From: Mobula hypostoma
Taxonomy: Eukaryota
Assembly (NCBI RefSeq): GCF_963921235.1
Contig: NC_086097.1
Location: 150,476,001-150,540,000 of the forward strand
Direction: 5' to 3'
Length of the DNA stretch: 64,000 bases
Shown here: positions 60,788 through 64,000 of the stretch, one piece after another
How positions within the stretch are numbered: position 1 is the stretch's first letter
Layout: the number at the start of each line of letters is the position of its first letter
Position numbers and translations under genes: made by a program
Notes under the pieces: generated by a model
What the model was told of the DNA's origin: nothing
Seen by the model: the letters and a program-made list of their open reading frames with translations, nothing else
Databases searched by the model: none

Positions 60788-63168
60788 TCCAGAGGTGATA
60801 AAAGGGCTTAAGATTAAGGAACCCTTAGAGAACAGTGATCACAAAATGATCGAGTTCACATTGAAATTTGAAAGGGAAAAAAAATCCAATGTGTTGGTAT
60901 TTCAGTGGAATAAAGGAAATTACAATGGCATGAGAGGGGACTGGCCAAAGTTGACTGGAAAGGGACATTTGCAGGAAAGACAGCAGAGCAGCGATGGCTG
61001 GTGTTTCTGTGAAAAATTAGGGAAGTACAAGACAGATATATTCGAAATAAGAAGAAATTATTAAAGGGAAGAAGGACACTACCGTGGCTGACAAGCAAAG
61101 CCAGAGCCAAAGTAATAGCAAAAGAGAGAGCATACAAGACAGCCAAAGCTGGAGGGAAGATAGAGGATTGGGGAACTTTTAAAAACTTACAGAGGGAAAC
61201 TAAGAAGGTCATTAGGAAGGAAAAGATGAATTATGAGAGGAAGCTGACAACCAATATCAAAGAAGATACTGAAAGCTTTTTTAAGTACATAAACGGTAAA
61301 AGAGAGTCGAGGGCAAATATAGGACCAATGCAAAATGACACTGGAGATATTGTAATGAGAGATGCAGAGACGGTAGAAGAACTGAATGCGTATTTTGCAT
61401 CAGTCCTCACAGTGGAAGATGTCTGCAGTATACCGGACATTCAAGAGTGTCAGGAAAGTGAAGTTTGTGCTGTGAACATTACGACTGAAAAGGTGCTCAG
61501 GAAGCTCAATAGTCCGAGGGTGGATAAATCTCCTGGACCTGATGGAATGCACCGTCGGGTCCTGAAGGAAGTAGCTGGAGAGGTTGCAGAGGCATTAACG
61601 ATGATCTTTCAAGAATCAATAGATTCTGGCATTGTACCAGATGACTGGAAAATCGCAAATGTTACTCCATTATTTAAGAAGAGTGGGAGGCAGCAGAAAG
61701 GAAACTATAGACCTGTTAGCCTGACCTCAGTGGTTGGGAAGTTGTTGGAATCGATTGTTAGGGATGAGATTACGGAATACCTGGAGGCACATGACAAGAT
61801 AGGCCAAAGCCTGCATGGTTTCCTGAAAGGAAAATCCTGCCTGACAAATCTACTACAATTCTTTGAGGAAATTACAAGCAGGGTAGACAAAGGAGATGTA
61901 GTAGATGTGGTGTACTTGGATTTCCAGAAGGCCTTTGACAAGGTGCCACACATGAGGCTGCTTAGCAAGATAAGAGCCCATGGAATTACAGGGAAGTTAC
62001 TAGCATGGGTGAAGCATTGGCTGGTCGGCAGAAAGCAGAGAGTGGGAATAAAGGGATTCTATTCTGGCTGGCTGCCAGTTACCAGTGGAGTTTTGCAGGG
62101 ATCGGTGTTGGGACCGCTGCTTTTTACAATGTATGTCAATGATTTGGACTATGGGATTAATGGATTTGTGGCTAAGTTTGTCGGTGATACAAAGATAGGT
62201 AGAGGAGCGGGTAGTGTTGAGGAAACAGAGAGCCTGCAGAGAGACTTAAGACAGTTTAGGGAAATGGGCAAAGAAGTGGCAAATGAAATAGACAATAGAC
62301 AATAGGTGCAGGAGTAGGCCATTTGGCCCTTCGAGCCAGCACCACCATTCACTGTGATCATGGCTGAAATACTATGTTGGAAAGTGTATGGTCATGCTTT
62401 TTGGTGGAAGAAATAAACGGGCAGACTATTATTTAGATGAGGAGAGAATTCAAAATGCAGAGACGCAAAGGGACTTGGGAGTCCTTGTGCAGGATACCCT
62501 AAAGGTTAACCTCCAGGTTGAGTCAGTGGTGAAGAAGGCAAATGCAATGTTGGCATTCATTTCTAGAGCTATAGAATCTAAGAACAGGGATGTGATGTTG
62601 AGGCTCTACAAGGCACTCGTGAGCCCACACTTGGGGCTCCTTATTTTAGAAAGGATATACTGACATTGGAGGGGGTTCAGAGAAGATTCATGAGAATGAT
62701 TCCAAGAATGAAAGGGATACCATATGAGGAATGTCTGGCAGCTCTTGGGCTGTATTCCCTGGAATTCAGGAGAATGAGGGGGGATCTCATAGAAACATTC
62801 AGAATGTTAAAAGGCCTGAACAGATTAGATATGGCAAAGTTATTTCCATGGTAGGGGATTCTACGACCAGAGTGCATGACCAGGTTGAAGGACGTCCTTT
62901 TAGAACTGAGATGCGGAGAAATCACTTTAGTCAGAGGGTGGTAAATCTGTGGAATTTGTTGTCACTATTCGCTGTGGAGGCCAAGTCATTGGGTGTATTT
63001 AAGGCAGAGATAGATAGGTTCTTGATTAGCCAAGGCATCAAAGGGTATGGGGTAAAAGCAGGGGAGTGGGGAAGACTGGAAGAATTGGATCAACCCATGA
63101 TTGAATGGCTGGCAGACTTGATGGGCTGAATGGCCTACTTATGATCCTATATCTTATGGTCTTATGGA
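60788..63168 (+). mobile_element. CR1 ORF2 and 3' end (continues from about 59095-59197), with a nested antisense CR1 tail at about 62288-62365
   Basis: ORF 61226-62305 with KSPGPDGMH, NYRPVSLTSVVGK, YLDFQKAFDKVPH; cttatggtcttatgg tail. Confidence 0.9.
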
Positions 63169-64000
63169 ATGAAATAATGAGCCACCTTCTTGAACAACGT
63201 TGTATTGTTACGTGGGACAGAGTGCCTGGCAATGTTATTTTGAATTTTTATAGAACACTGGAATACATAAGCCAATCTGAACTTGAGGTGGAGTGTAATG
63301 GCACTGGACTGGGGCAGGAAAAATTACTAGAAAGCCTCTGGGAATGAGGAATTTCAAATTTGTAGATAAATTACTTAATCGACTTTCTTAAGTGACCAAA
63401 GTCAGTGTGAACTGGTAATAACACGTCCTCCACACAATGGCACCTTAAGGATATATGGCTCTATTAGCCATATATCCTTAATATTAGCCAATATCCTTAA
63501 TATTAGCCAATGGCTCTATTCTCTCTGTAACATCCTGAGAAAGGTTTCACTGCTCATGTATTGGTCTTTCTGCAGAAGCACTGCTAATGTAATGGTTGTT
63601 CTGTAGCAACAGTGCTTGGGTTATGGCTAGAGATAATGGGGGTTTTGGAATGTGCGCTGCCAATGAAGGGAGTGTTTTTTTCTTGTTGTGTGCCTGAGAC
63701 CAAGGTGATCTGAGTCTTTTGCTTGGTGGAAGATGGAGAGAGAAGATACCAGAAAGGAGATGTCGTAGATACCAAAAAGAAGTGGACTTGAAGTGGGGCC
63801 AGGAGTCAACGAAGCCTGGGGAAATCGATGGAGGACCAGCGGAAAGGAAACCGTGGGCTCCAACTTGTGCACATTAGACTATTTCATTAAAATGGGCCCT
63901 TTTCTTTTTGTTTTACTTTACTAACCCTTTAGTCAAATTAAGAATTATAATTGCATAAGGGGTACTGTCTGTTATTTCGTGGTATTGATTTGTAACAGGG

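Noticed and set aside
63585..64000. Possible start of another LTR
   Set aside because: It runs off the window; no second end, TSD or PBS is visible.

Overview
Vertebrate genomic DNA, very repeat-rich. The mix of CR1, Rex1/Babar, L1, Penelope-type and V-SINE repeats suggests a cartilaginous fish (inference). The host gene is ZFAT on the minus strand, with three in-phase exons at 56334-56161, 19702-19614 and 13165-13027. A roughly 28 kb inverted copy of the gene's own downstream part sits inside the intron between the first two of these exons. It carries plus-strand exons at 24545, 36404 and 42461 and splits a 5'-truncated L1, whose 13-bp target-site duplication (TSD) halves now lie about 30 kb apart (23243-23255 and 53825-53837). 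The left junction is a 4-bp TTAG microhomology. The right junction appears to be an L1-L1 homology join. The native copy also carries a very young LTR-int-LTR-int-LTR tandem (3555-12655, TSD ATAG) of a Gmr1-like Gypsy element, which is absent from the duplicated copy. Its 995-codon ORF keeps Gag/SCAN, CCHC and protease, but only remnants of integrase and RT, with YxDD replaced by CIGN, so it looks non-autonomous. Also present: a twin-primed (5'-inverted) L1, a Tigger-like element with a 99-bp-arm hairpin, Penelope-type repeats with hammerhead-like cores, and many decayed LINEs. Family names come from recalled motifs, not database searches. Assembly artefact must be excluded with long reads.
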